A DNA stretch of 64,000 nt from assembly GCA_019637675.1 (NCBI GenBank), contig JAHBVE010000003.1, forward strand, positions 473,568 to 537,567. The letters run 5' to 3'. This document shows, piece by piece, positions 44,329-53,513 of the stretch; the stretch's first letter is position 1, and the number at the start of each line of letters is the position of its first letter. The position numbers were made by a program, and so were the translations under genes. The notes beneath the pieces are model-generated. The model was not told where the DNA came from and searched no databases. It worked only from the letters and a program-made list of their open reading frames with translations. Source of the DNA: Anaerolineales bacterium. GTDB lineage: Bacteria; Chloroflexota; Anaerolineae; Anaerolineales; UBA11579.

Positions 44329-44676
44329 ATGCAATATCTGCAGAGATTCCTTCCCCCGGGCGGCGGTGGCCGCATGGCCGATTTCCTCAACCAGTTCCGC
44401 CTGACCTGGCGTCTGATCCGCGACAAGCGGGTCAATACGCTCTACAAGCTCATCCCCTTCGCTTCGCTGCTGTATCTCATCTCACCGCTGGATTTTGCCA
44501 TCCCGCTGCTGGATGATGTGGCCGTATTGTGGGTGGGCACCTCCATCTTCACTGAGCTGTGCCCCACCGACGTGGTGGAAGAGCACCGCGCCGCGCTGGC
44601 CAAAGGCGGCCGCCGCGCCCAGATCAAAATAGACGAAGGCGATGTGATGGACGCCGACTACACGGAGAAAGAATAA
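44329..44676 (+). CDS. DUF1232 (YkvA-like) membrane protein, tandem paralog
   Basis: FRLTWRLIRDKRVNTLYKLIPFASLLYLISPLDFAIPLLDDVAVLWVG. By alignment with the paralog, the true start may be ATG 44374. Confidence 0.65.
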   Translation: MQYLQRFLPPGGGGRMADFLNQFRLTWRLIRDKRVNTLYKLIPFASLLYLISPLDFAIPLLDDVAVLWVGTSIFTELCPTDVVEEHRAALAKGGRRAQIKIDEGDVMDADYTEKE

Positions 44677-45926
44677 AAAAGCTACTGCGCCTGTTGCCCC
44701 TGGTCCTGCTGTTGGCGGCCTGCTACAACCGCCCCGCCCCCAGCACCGCTGCATCTGAGCCGGTGATCTCTACCCCGGTATCCGCCGCTCCCAGTGACAC
44801 CGAGCCAGCTGAGCAGGCCACGCTGGCCATCGACAAAGACCAGACCGCCGCGGTGGGCTTTGCCAACCCGGCTGACTACAGCTGGAACCTGGTGAGCCAG
44901 GGCTATGCCCAGCCGTTGCTGGCTACGCACGCGGGCGATGGCAGCGGGCGTCTGTTCATTGTTGAGCAACAAGGCATGATCGCTGTGGTTGAGAACGGCC
45001 AGCGTCTGGCCGAACCTTTCCTGGATATTCGTTTCGAGGTCGGCAGCAATGGCAACGAGCAGGGTCTGCTCGGCCTGGCCTTTCATCCTGATTACGAAAA
45101 CAACGGCTACTTTTATGTGAACTACACCGGCCTGGGCGGCAACACGGTCATCTCGCGCTTCCAGGTCTCCGCGGATCGCAATGTTGCTGATGTGGATAGC
45201 GAAGCGCCGATGCTGTATATCGCCCAGCCGTATGCCAACCACAACGGCGGGCACATTGAGTTTGGCCCGGATGGCTATCTGTACATCGGCAGCGGTGACG
45301 GCGGCTCCGGCGGCGACCCGCAGAACAACGGCCAGTCGCTCGAGACCCTGCTGGGCAAGATACTGCGCATCGATGTGAATGTGGATGGCCCCTACGGCAT
45401 TCCGGCGGACAACCCGTTCATATCCGGCGGCCTGAACGAGATCTGGGCCTATGGTTTGCGCAATCCCTGGCGCTTTAGCTTTGATACCGCCACCGGCGAT
45501 CTGTACATTGCCGATGTAGGCCAGGGCGAGTGGGAAGAAGTCCACATGCTTCCGGCTGGCACAGGCAACGGCGCTAACCTGGGCTGGAAGTATTACGAAG
45601 GCACGCACCCCTACGAAGGCACGCCGCCCGATGGGCTTGAGCTCGACTTCCCGGTCGTGGAATACGACCATGCCTCGCGCTGCTCTATCACCGGCGGCTA
45701 CGTGTACCGCGGCGCCAGTCTGCCAGAATGGAATGGCATTTACTTCTACGGTGACTTTTGCTCCGGCGAGGTGATGGGCATGTACCAGGGCGCTGACGGT
45801 GCGTGGAACTCCCAGGTGCTGTGGGACACCCAAGCGCTGATCACGTCCTTCGGCCTCGATGAAGCCGGTGAGCTGTACCTGGTGGACCGCAACGGCGGTA
45901 TTTACCAACTCCAAGCCAACAACTAA
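44673..45926 (+). CDS. PQQ-dependent sugar (glucose/sorbosone) dehydrogenase-family lipoprotein
   Basis: GRLFIVEQQGMI, NEQGLLGLAFHPDY, YANHNGGHIEFGPDGYLYIGSGDGG and LGKILRIDV are family motifs. It has a signal peptide with lipobox KKLLRLLPLVLLLAAC. The start codon is unresolved (ATA 44673, or CTG/TTG at 44685-44694, or ATG 44559). Confidence 0.75.
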   Translation: MKKLLRLLPLVLLLAACYNRPAPSTAASEPVISTPVSAAPSDTEPAEQATLAIDKDQTAAVGFANPADYSWNLVSQGYAQPLLATHAGDGSGRLFIVEQQGMIAVVENGQRLAEPFLDIRFEVGSNGNEQGLLGLAFHPDYENNGYFYVNYTGLGGNTVISRFQVSADRNVADVDSEAPMLYIAQPYANHNGGHIEFGPDGYLYIGSGDGGSGGDPQNNGQSLETLLGKILRIDVNVDGPYGIPADNPFISGGLNEIWAYGLRNPWRFSFDTATGDLYIADVGQGEWEEVHMLPAGTGNGANLGWKYYEGTHPYEGTPPDGLELDFPVVEYDHASRCSITGGYVYRGASLPEWNGIYFYGDFCSGEVMGMYQGADGAWNSQVLWDTQALITSFGLDEAGELYLVDRNGGIYQLQANN

Positions 45927-45936
45927 ACTCAGCAGC

Positions 45937-46842
45937 ATGGCGGCATCCAACCCAACTGCTGACATTGTGGTCGTCTACAACCCGCACTCCAGTGCGGCCA
46001 ACGAGGCGCGCCTGCGCAATGCGATCGAGCGCGCTTTCGGCGCCCGCCGGGTGGACTTCTGCGAATGCAGCCCGCAGGCGGATATGCAGGCTCGCCTGGC
46101 CCCGTGGCTGGCGGGCGGCGTGCGCCTGGTGATCGCCGCCGGCGGCGACGGCACCATCTCAGATGTGGCCGAAGCATTGGTCGGCACGGATGTGGTGCTG
46201 GGCATTCTGCCGCAGGGCACCAGCAACGTGCTGGCGCGTGAGCTCAAGCTGCCCCTGCGAATGGAGGCGGCCGCCCGCATTCTTGCGGGCGAGTACGCCG
46301 TGCGCAAGATCGATGTCCTGCGAGCCGGTGACAGCGTGTGCGTGCTTGGCGTCAGCGTGGGCCTGAGCGCGCAAGCCATGCAGGACACCGGCCGCGGCCA
46401 AAAGAGGCTGCTGGGTCCGTGGGCCTACTGGCTCACCTTCGCCCGTCACTTTTTTAGTCTGCGTTCGCACTTGTTCACCGTGGAGCTGGACGGCTACGCC
46501 ACCCAACTGCGCTCCACGGATGTGCTGGCCATGAACGTCGGCACGATCGCGTTCCGCGCCATCCGTTGGGGGCCGGACGTCAAGCCAGATGACGGCTTGC
46601 TGGATTTTTGCTTCCTGTGGGCGCGCAACGGTTTGGAGTATGCGCTCACGATCCTCAGCTTTGCCCTGCGGCTCTACACGCGTAATGAGCGCGTGAACGT
46701 GGTGCCGCTGGAGCGCAGCCTGCGCATCGTGCAGCCCGAGGGGCTGTTGGTTCAGGGGGATGGAGATGTGATCGGCGTGACGCCGATCACGATCTCGCTG
46801 GAAAAAGAGGCGCTCAATATTGCCGTGCCGCCCAGCGCTTAA
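45937..46842 (+). CDS. Diacylglycerol/lipid kinase family protein (YegS/BmrU-like)
   Basis: IVVVYNPHSS, the catalytic-domain motif AAGGDGTISDV, and GILPQGTSNVLAREL. Confidence 0.8.
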   Translation: MAASNPTADIVVVYNPHSSAANEARLRNAIERAFGARRVDFCECSPQADMQARLAPWLAGGVRLVIAAGGDGTISDVAEALVGTDVVLGILPQGTSNVLARELKLPLRMEAAARILAGEYAVRKIDVLRAGDSVCVLGVSVGLSAQAMQDTGRGQKRLLGPWAYWLTFARHFFSLRSHLFTVELDGYATQLRSTDVLAMNVGTIAFRAIRWGPDVKPDDGLLDFCFLWARNGLEYALTILSFALRLYTRNERVNVVPLERSLRIVQPEGLLVQGDGDVIGVTPITISLEKEALNIAVPPSA

Positions 46843-47621
46843 GCCTTCGGGCGGCGCTGGCGTACGGCTTCGAACAGCAGCAGGCTGCCCGCGGTAGCCG
46901 CGTTCAGCGATTCGATCTGGCCGGGCATGCGGATCTGAATCGGTTCTGCGCCCAGGCCGCGCGCCTCGGCGCTGGGGCCGTTGGCCTCGCCGCCTACGAT
47001 GAAGGCCAGCTTGCGGGTCAAGTCCACTTCGTCAAAGGCGCGGCCGATGTTGGCCTCGGCCAGCATCGGGTGCAGGCCGTGTTCGGCGAGAAGATCACGG
47101 ATGGCGGCCCAGTCCAGCTCGAGCACCGGCAGGCGCAGTTGGGCGCCCATGCCGCCGCGCAGCACCTTGGGCGCGAACGGGTCTACGCAGCCAGGCGCAA
47201 GCACGGCGGCGTGCGCACCGGCGGCGGCTGCGCTGCGCAGCAGCGTGCCTACGTTGCCGGGGTCGTTCACGCGGTCGAGGATGACCACCAAGTCAGGCGC
47301 GGCGGCCAGCGCCACTGGCTGGCGCTGCACTTCAAGCAGCAAGCCAGCCGGGGTCGTGGTGTCGCTTGCGGCTTCCATCACGTTGCTGGTCACTTCTTCC
47401 ATCTCTGCGCCGGCGTTCTTGAATGCGGTCACCAGCTCCATGCCGCGCGGCTCCAGCTCCGCCGTGTAGAAGCCTTGTTTCACCTTCCAGCCCGCCGCCA
47501 GCACTTCTTCGGCCAGGCGCACGCCCTCCACAACGAAGGCGTTGGCCTGGCGGCGCTCCTTGGCGCGGCCTTGCAAGGCGCGGATGTGCTGCACGCGCGG
47601 GTTCTGAGTAGAGCTGATCAT
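46839..47621 (-). CDS. TrmH/SpoU-family RNA 2'-O-methyltransferase
   Basis: 260 aa from ATG 47621. It has an N-terminal substrate-binding domain and SpoU motifs (ILDRVNDPGNVGTLLRSA, GGEANG, IRMPGQIESLNAATAGSLLLFE). Confidence 0.8.
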   Translation of the reverse strand: MISSTQNPRVQHIRALQGRAKERRQANAFVVEGVRLAEEVLAAGWKVKQGFYTAELEPRGMELVTAFKNAGAEMEEVTSNVMEAASDTTTPAGLLLEVQRQPVALAAAPDLVVILDRVNDPGNVGTLLRSAAAAGAHAAVLAPGCVDPFAPKVLRGGMGAQLRLPVLELDWAAIRDLLAEHGLHPMLAEANIGRAFDEVDLTRKLAFIVGGEANGPSAEARGLGAEPIQIRMPGQIESLNAATAGSLLLFEAVRQRRPKA

Positions 47622-47688
47622 GCGCCTATTGTAGTGCTGCGTTGCGAAGCAGCGCAAGCATGCATGTAGAATATCGCTTGGAGGAACC

Positions 47689-48792
47689 ATGGCCGACCCA
47701 CGCGTTCAAAAACTTGCCCAAACCCTGGTGGAATATTCCGTCAAGATCAAACCTGGGGATTGGGTTGTCATCTCTGCCCATCCGCTGGCTGAGGAGTTGG
47801 CTGCCGAAGTGGTGCGCTATACCTTGCGCTCCGGTGGCAATCCCAGCGTCTTGACCGGCCTGGGCTCCACCCAGCGCGTCTTTCTTGAAGAAGCCAGTGA
47901 AGACCAACTGAAATGGCTCTCGCCATTTGAGCGCCTGCCGTTCGAGCAGGCGGATGTGTTCATCAGCCTGGATGCCAGCGACAACACCCGCAACCTCAGC
48001 ATGGTGGATAGCCAGAAGCAGCAAACCCGCTCGGTTGCCCGCCGTGAGATCATGCAGGCCTATATGCGCCGCAGCGCCAGCGGCGAGCTGCGCTGGACGC
48101 TGACCCGCGTTCCGTGCCAGGCCTACGCTCAGGAAGCCGACATGAGCCTAAGCGATTACGAAGACTTCGTATACCGCGCCTGCAAGGTAGATCAGGCTGA
48201 CCCGGTGGCCCTGTGGAACCAGATCGAAACCGACCAGAAACGTCTGGTGGACTGGCTTCAGGGCAAGAAGCAGGTGCACCTGCGCGGCGGCAATATCGAT
48301 ATCCAAATGTCGATCGAGGGCCGCACCTTCGTGAACTCCACCGCCCACCACAACATGCCCGGCTCCGAGATCTTTACCGGGCCGGTGGAAGATTCGGTGC
48401 AGGGTTGGGTTAGCTACACCTACCCGGCTATCTACCTGGGGCGTGAGGTGGACGGCATCCACCTGGAGTTCAAGGACGGCAAGGTGGTCAACGCCACGGC
48501 TGAGAAGAACGAGGAATATCTGCTCAAGATGCTGGATATGGATGCTGGGGCGCGCTTCCTGGGTGAGCTGGGCATCGGCACTAACTTCAGCATTGACCGT
48601 TTCACCAAGAGCATCTTGTATGACGAGAAGATGGGCGGCACGATCCATATGGCGCTGGGCATGAGCTACCCGGAGACCGGCGGCAAGAACCAATCCTCAC
48701 TGCACTGGGACATGATCTGCGATATGCGCAATGACAGCGAGATCCTGGTGGATGGCGAGCTGTTTTACAAGAACGGCGAGTTCCAGGTCTAA
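47689..48792 (+). CDS. Aminopeptidase, M29 (AmpS/PepS) family
   Basis: 367 aa. LAQTLVEYSVKIKPGD...NMPGSEIFTGP...LGELGIGTN...HMALG is the M29 pattern. GGAGG RBS. Confidence 0.85.
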   Translation: MADPRVQKLAQTLVEYSVKIKPGDWVVISAHPLAEELAAEVVRYTLRSGGNPSVLTGLGSTQRVFLEEASEDQLKWLSPFERLPFEQADVFISLDASDNTRNLSMVDSQKQQTRSVARREIMQAYMRRSASGELRWTLTRVPCQAYAQEADMSLSDYEDFVYRACKVDQADPVALWNQIETDQKRLVDWLQGKKQVHLRGGNIDIQMSIEGRTFVNSTAHHNMPGSEIFTGPVEDSVQGWVSYTYPAIYLGREVDGIHLEFKDGKVVNATAEKNEEYLLKMLDMDAGARFLGELGIGTNFSIDRFTKSILYDEKMGGTIHMALGMSYPETGGKNQSSLHWDMICDMRNDSEILVDGELFYKNGEFQV

Positions 48793-48820
48793 GCGACTTG
48801 GAGCAATGACGATGCAGATA

Positions 48821-48851
48821 AAAAAAGGACGGCCATTGGCCGTCCTTTTTT
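48821..48851. terminator. Bidirectional intrinsic terminator
   Basis: A6, GGACGGCC-ATT-GGCCGTCC, then T6. It lies between the aminopeptidase gene and rplT. Confidence 0.8.
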
Positions 48852-48869
48852 GTTTTGTGCTTTGTGAGG

Positions 48870-49220
48870 CTAGTTGAGCTTGGCCTGGGCGACCACGGCC
48901 TTGAAGGCGGCGGCGTCACGCACGGCGATCTCAGACAGCATCTTGCGGTTGATCTCGATATTGGCTTTCTTCAAGCCGTTCATCAACTGGCTGTAGCTCA
49001 CGCCGTTCAGGCGGGCTGCGGCGTTGATGCGCATGATCCACAAACCGCGCAGATCGCGCTTCTTGTTGCGGCGGTCGCGGTAGGCGTAGGCGAGGCTCTT
49101 CAGGCGGGCTTCGCTAGCGCGCTTGTACAGCTTGGAGCGCGTGCCGAACTGGCCCTTGGTCTCCTTCAAAACCTTTTGGTGCCGCTTGCGGCGGGTAATA
49201 CCGGTCTTTACTCGTGCCAT
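48870..49220 (-). CDS. rplT: 50S ribosomal protein L20
   Basis: [26 protein letters not shown]...[26 protein letters not shown]. Confidence 0.95.
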   Translation of the reverse strand: MARVKTGITRRKRHQKVLKETKGQFGTRSKLYKRASEARLKSLAYAYRDRRNKKRDLRGLWIMRINAAARLNGVSYSQLMNGLKKANIEINRKMLSEIAVRDAAAFKAVVAQAKLN

Positions 49221-49227
49221 GCTTCCT

Positions 49228-49479
49228 CTACTTCGCCGTGCGCGTGGCCGGGTTGGCGCGGTACTTGCTCATGTACGGCGCCAACTGGCGGATGCGCTTC
49301 TGCAGGGCTTTGCCCTGCACGGGGATCATCTCGGTGAATTTTGCCTTGGTGCGCGCCGAGGTGCGGCGGCGCAAGTGGCTCTTGCCGCCCTTGGTGCGCA
49401 CCAGCTTGCCAGACCCGGTCAAGCGAAAGCGCTTGGCGGTGGCTTTGTGCGTCTTCATGCGAAATTTCTTAACTGCCAC
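49228..49479 (-). CDS. rpmI: 50S ribosomal protein L35 (with short N- and C-terminal extensions)
   Basis: The [21 protein letters not shown] core is present. A GTG start at 49479 is preceded by GAGGAG. Confidence 0.85.
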   Translation of the reverse strand: MAVKKFRMKTHKATAKRFRLTGSGKLVRTKGGKSHLRRRTSARTKAKFTEMIPVQGKALQKRIRQLAPYMSKYRANPATRTAK

Positions 49480-49511
49480 AACTACTCCTCTTGCCGCGTG
49501 TCTCGCAGCGG

Positions 49512-50120
49512 CTATTCTTCTGCGCTTTCAGCCGCAGGTTCTTTCTTTTCTTTCGCCTCGCCCTTGGTAGCCGCGTCCTTGCCGGCGCCTTCGTTGGGGG
49601 CCAATACCATCAGCAGGGTGCGCCCTTCGAACTCGGGAGCCTGCTCAATGATCGAGATGTCCTGCAACTCGGCGGCGATCTCCTTGAGATCCTGCAGAGC
49701 GATCTCAGGATAGTCACGCTCGCGGCCGCGGAAGCGGATACGAACCTTGACCTTCTTGCCTTCGTTCAGCCAACCGCGCGCCGCCTTGGTCTTGAAGCCG
49801 CGGTGATGCTCGGTGGTCTTGGGCCGCAGACGAATTTCTTTGATCTCGACCTTTTTCTGTGCCTTGCGAGCCTCACGTTCTTTCTTGGTGCGCTCGTAGG
49901 TGAATTTACCGTAACTTACCACTCGGCAGACCGGCGGCTTGGAGTTGGGGGCAACCTCAATAAGGTCCAGGCCCGCCTCGGCGGCGATCCTGAGCGCTTC
50001 TTCGATTGGCACAATTCCGCGATTTTCGCCGTCCGCATCGATCAGGCGGACTTCCTTAACCCGAATGGCTCTATTTACACGGTACTCAGATGTACTGATC
50101 TGCTTATTCTCCTGGCACAA
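49512..50120 (-). CDS. infC: Translation initiation factor IF-3
   Basis: RVNRAIRVKEVRLIDADGENRGIV...LDLIEVAPNSKPPVCRVVSYGKF...KEIRLRPKTTEHH. The start is non-AUG: TTG at 50120, or ATC at 50099 which has AGGAG 9 nt upstream. Confidence 0.9.
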   Translation of the reverse strand: MCQENKQISTSEYRVNRAIRVKEVRLIDADGENRGIVPIEEALRIAAEAGLDLIEVAPNSKPPVCRVVSYGKFTYERTKKEREARKAQKKVEIKEIRLRPKTTEHHRGFKTKAARGWLNEGKKVKVRIRFRGRERDYPEIALQDLKEIAAELQDISIIEQAPEFEGRTLLMVLAPNEGAGKDAATKGEAKEKKEPAAESAEE

Positions 50121-50180
50121 ATTCGCCCCGGCAAACTATCGCCAAAGCAATAGAAGCCTTTGGGGCGTAAGGCGGGGCGC

Positions 50181-50210
50181 ATAATACCATACGCGCGGAT
50201 AAAGAGTCAA
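50181..50210 (-). promoter_or_regulatory. Candidate promoter of the infC-rpmI-rplT operon (TTGACT-N18-TATTAT on the minus strand)
   Basis: The reverse complement of 50181-50210 reads TTGACT CTTTATCCGCGCGTATGG TATTAT. It lies about 60-80 nt upstream of the infC start candidates. Confidence 0.45.
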
Positions 50211-50482
50211 CGGGGCACTGCGCCTGCGGCGCGGGAGTTGCTTCGCAACTCCGGTAAAGCCTATCTAACCATAGAGAGGCCAGCCGGCTTGGCGTCAAGG
50301 CATTTCTGGGCTTACCGGCGCATAACTGCGGGGATGGCCGTTCGTTCGCTCCTCGGAGCGGGCAACCTTTGCCCTTTATGAGTGTTATTAGTGTACTGGA
50401 GGCTGTGTTCGCAGCAGGCTTCGCCGAGCCATCGCCAGTACTGTGGGCTGTGTGGCGTCCCCATACAGCTGAGGAGGAGCAT

Positions 50483-50851
50483 ATGAGCGCACCGTATGCA
50501 TTGGTCGTAGATGATGACCAGGCTGTGGCCGAGATCTTTCAGCGCGCTCTGCAGGATTGTGGCTACAGGGCCGATGTGATGGAAGGCGGCCACAAGGCCC
50601 AGGCTCAACTGGTGTTCACCACGCCTGACCTGGTGCTGCTCGATCTACATATCCCCAACCTCTCAGGTGACATCATTCTGCGCCAGTTGCGCGGGCAGCT
50701 GCGCTTTGCCAATACGCGCGTGGTCATCACCACCGGCGACGCCAGCGCAGTGGCGCGCTTCGCCGGCCTGGCTGACCAGGTGCTGCTCAAGCCCATTGGC
50801 TACGAGCAGATGCGCGAACTGGCCCAGCACTATCTTTCAGTTTCCGTCTAG
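50483..50851 (+). CDS. Single-domain (CheY-like) response regulator
   Basis: 122 aa from ATG 50483 with a GAGGAGGAG RBS. It has ALVVDDDQAV, DLVLLDLHIP, VVITTG and LLKP. Confidence 0.8.
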   Translation: MSAPYALVVDDDQAVAEIFQRALQDCGYRADVMEGGHKAQAQLVFTTPDLVLLDLHIPNLSGDIILRQLRGQLRFANTRVVITTGDASAVARFAGLADQVLLKPIGYEQMRELAQHYLSVSV

Positions 50852-50857
50852 TTCAAC

Positions 50858-51463
50858 TTAGGGGTCGAGCCGCGGCAACTGGGAACAGGCGCTGCCGTTG
50901 AGGTTGAGCGTTTGGGTGTCCACCCAGCCCGTGCCGCTTAGGCCTGTGTTGCCCAATTCCAGGTCGGCCTCCGCCCAGCCATCATCGGTCAGGCCCATCA
51001 CGGCGGCAAATTGGCCTTGCTGCAGGGTGGTGATGACGCGGGCAGATGCGCTGGGCTGCTCGTATACCAGCACAGCATCCATCGGCATGTTGTAGCAATA
51101 GTTGTCGAGCGGCGCCCAAACCTCTGGCAGGGCGGCGCAGTTGCCGCTCAGGCTGACATCGGCATGCCAGAGCCAGCGCAGGCGAAAGGGGCCGAGGTTG
51201 GCAGCCTGCGCCACGCCGGGGTCAAAGCCCAGCCAGCCGTGCACCGTGCGGGCGGTCAGCGGCTGCATCAACCCATCCTGCACTTCAGCGAATACATCGG
51301 CCTCAGTGTGCGGGCGGCTGTAAATGGTGACGTGGCTTGAGCTGCGCGCTACACATTCGCCTTCACCATTCGGCAGGACCCAGGCGGTTGGCTGGGCTTC
51401 GGCAGGCGTGCAGGCGAGTGTGGTTGCCAGCAGCGCCAGGACTGCATAGAAGGATGGCTTCAT
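50858..51463 (-). CDS. Hypothetical lipoprotein
   Basis: It has a signal peptide with lipobox LATTLAC|T. The 201-aa protein contains several Cys residues, and no family is recognised. Confidence 0.55.
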   Translation of the reverse strand: MKPSFYAVLALLATTLACTPAEAQPTAWVLPNGEGECVARSSSHVTIYSRPHTEADVFAEVQDGLMQPLTARTVHGWLGFDPGVAQAANLGPFRLRWLWHADVSLSGNCAALPEVWAPLDNYCYNMPMDAVLVYEQPSASARVITTLQQGQFAAVMGLTDDGWAEADLELGNTGLSGTGWVDTQTLNLNGSACSQLPRLDP

Positions 51464-51508
51464 GCAGGCAAGTTTATTGCCGCGGGATTAATTGGCTATG
51501 AAGAGCGC

Positions 51509-53458
51509 TCAGTCGCAGCCAGCGCGCTGGCTAATGTCGGTGTAGACCGCTTGCGGCGCCGGCCAGCCAGCCCACAGGGCGCACAGCATGCCGCCGGCCT
51601 GCGGGCCATCCGCCAGCACGCGCTGGCTGGCTTCGGCGGCTGGCTCCCATTCACCCAGCGCGGCGTGGGCGCGTACCAGCGGCAACCACTCGATGCTGAG
51701 GGCCGGCTGCAAGCCGGCGCGCTCGGCGGCTTGCAACGCTTGCACGGCAGCTGCCGGCGCGCCGTTCTGATTCGCAAGCTGGGCTTGCTGATAGTAGTAG
51801 CACCAGCCGCGCGGCGGCTCGGCGCCGAAGATGCCCGAGTCGGGCGGGCTGCCTTGCGCCAGAATGCGAGCGTGGTTGGAATACGCGGCGACCTGGCGCT
51901 CGTCGGCTGTGAGGTAGGGATTGAATTGATCGTACGCGTCCAGGGTCCACAAACAGCTGCCCTCTGGCCCCACGCGCAGCAATAGCAGATCGCCTGGCTC
52001 GGCGTGGAACACATGGCCGCGGTAGTTGATGTCGTAGCCCTCGCCGCGCAGGATGGGATCGAGGGTGTGTGAATAGCGTAGCTCCAGATTCCATAGGTCG
52101 GCTGTCGGTGCGGCGCTGCGGATGGGGTAGAGCGTGTTGAGCGCGGCGCCCAGCAGCGGCTCGCCGATCCATTGGGTTTGGCGATCCGGCGTGATGATGG
52201 CGGTGCCGGGTGCGATGTCTGGGGCGCGCCAGTGCAGCTGCCAGTACAGGCTGCGCTGCGCTTGCCAGTCTTGGCGGAAGCCCTGGGCGTTCTCTATGTG
52301 GCTGCTGACCGCCAGGCCGAGCAAGACCGCCAGAGCAATGGCGCGCCAACGTGTAGAGCGGATGAGCGTGGTGAGCGCCCAGACCACCAGCAGGGCAGCG
52401 CCCATCAGCCCGGCCATCAGGTAGCGGCTTTCGTAGCCAGATGTGTTGGCTTGATTGCCGGTGATCCAGATCGGCAGCAGGCCCAGAAAGAAGGCGGCTA
52501 CCCCCAGCAGGGCGGCCTGGTGCAGCGGCTCAGTGTTGCCCTCTTTAGGATGGCGCGATAGCAGCCAGGCAAAACTCAGCGCGCTCACGCCGCCGATGAA
52601 CCAGGCCGGCCAGTATGCGGTGTGCAGCGTGCGCGCCCAAGCCTCTGCCAGCGCGTGCCAAAAATCGCGCAAGGCGCCGGGGGCAAGTTGGGCGATCAGG
52701 CGCAGCGGGTTGCGGCTGAGCTGGAGGGGATAGGGCTCCTGCGGCAGCTCTAGCAGCCAGAAGCGCCACACCAGCCAGGCGGCCAGCGCCAGCAGGTACG
52801 GCGCCCACTGGATGGCCACGCGTTTGGCGCTGCGCACAAAGCTGTCGTTGCTGTGCGGGCGGCGCAGGATCAGCCAGAGGAAGAGCACGCGCAGCAGATC
52901 CAGCCCGGCGAAGTATTCCATAGTGAACAGGTGCACGACGGCCGCGGCGAGGCCCAGCGCGGTGTAGCGCCAATAGCGCTGCGGGTGGCTGGCGGCGCGG
53001 GCCATAGCGCCCAGCGAGACAAAGAAGGCGATCTGCGCGCCCAGTTGAGTTGCAAAGGTCACGGATACCGGCTGGGCCAGGTAGCCCGGGTACACCGCGA
53101 ACAGTAAAGCTACATATAAGATGAAACGCGGCCGGGTTGGCCAGAGCGGCTTGAGCGACCAGGCCAGCCCCAGCACGCCCAGCCAGCGCATCAGCAGCGC
53201 GCTAATGTGCCACACCAGCGGGTGCGTGCCCAACTGGCCGATGATAAAGAAGGGCCAGGGGGAAAAGGGCCGGTCATAGCTGAAGTGGGTGAGCAGCTGC
53301 CCCCACTGCTTGTTGTGGATGAAGAGGATGATCGGCCAATCATCCCAGTAGTAGCCAAGCTGGGGGATGAGCGGCGCATAGGCCAACAAGCAGGCCACCA
53401 GGTAGAACCAGGGCGCGTAGCGGGTCACTGCATCAATGTTGCGTTGCGGGGGGGCCAT
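51509..53458 (-). CDS. Large polytopic membrane protein (GT-C-like) with a C-terminal soluble helical domain
   Basis: 649 aa with about 12 TM segments and an early-loop acidic motif GYYWDDWP. The C-terminal roughly 230 aa are soluble. The family assignment is tentative. Confidence 0.55.
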   Translation of the reverse strand: MAPPQRNIDAVTRYAPWFYLVACLLAYAPLIPQLGYYWDDWPIILFIHNKQWGQLLTHFSYDRPFSPWPFFIIGQLGTHPLVWHISALLMRWLGVLGLAWSLKPLWPTRPRFILYVALLFAVYPGYLAQPVSVTFATQLGAQIAFFVSLGAMARAASHPQRYWRYTALGLAAAVVHLFTMEYFAGLDLLRVLFLWLILRRPHSNDSFVRSAKRVAIQWAPYLLALAAWLVWRFWLLELPQEPYPLQLSRNPLRLIAQLAPGALRDFWHALAEAWARTLHTAYWPAWFIGGVSALSFAWLLSRHPKEGNTEPLHQAALLGVAAFFLGLLPIWITGNQANTSGYESRYLMAGLMGAALLVVWALTTLIRSTRWRAIALAVLLGLAVSSHIENAQGFRQDWQAQRSLYWQLHWRAPDIAPGTAIITPDRQTQWIGEPLLGAALNTLYPIRSAAPTADLWNLELRYSHTLDPILRGEGYDINYRGHVFHAEPGDLLLLRVGPEGSCLWTLDAYDQFNPYLTADERQVAAYSNHARILAQGSPPDSGIFGAEPPRGWCYYYQQAQLANQNGAPAAAVQALQAAERAGLQPALSIEWLPLVRAHAALGEWEPAAEASQRVLADGPQAGGMLCALWAGWPAPQAVYTDISQRAGCD

Positions 53459-53476
53459 GCCGAGCTAAGAATAACC

Positions 53477-53509
53477 AAAAAGCCTGGTCTGTGAAGACCA
53501 GGCTTTTTG
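53477..53509. terminator. Intrinsic terminator downstream of tRNA-Pro
   Basis: A-run, AGCCTGGTCT-GTGA-AGACCAGGCT, then T5. It is symmetric, so it can act on either strand. Confidence 0.7.
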
Positions 53510-53513
53510 TCAG

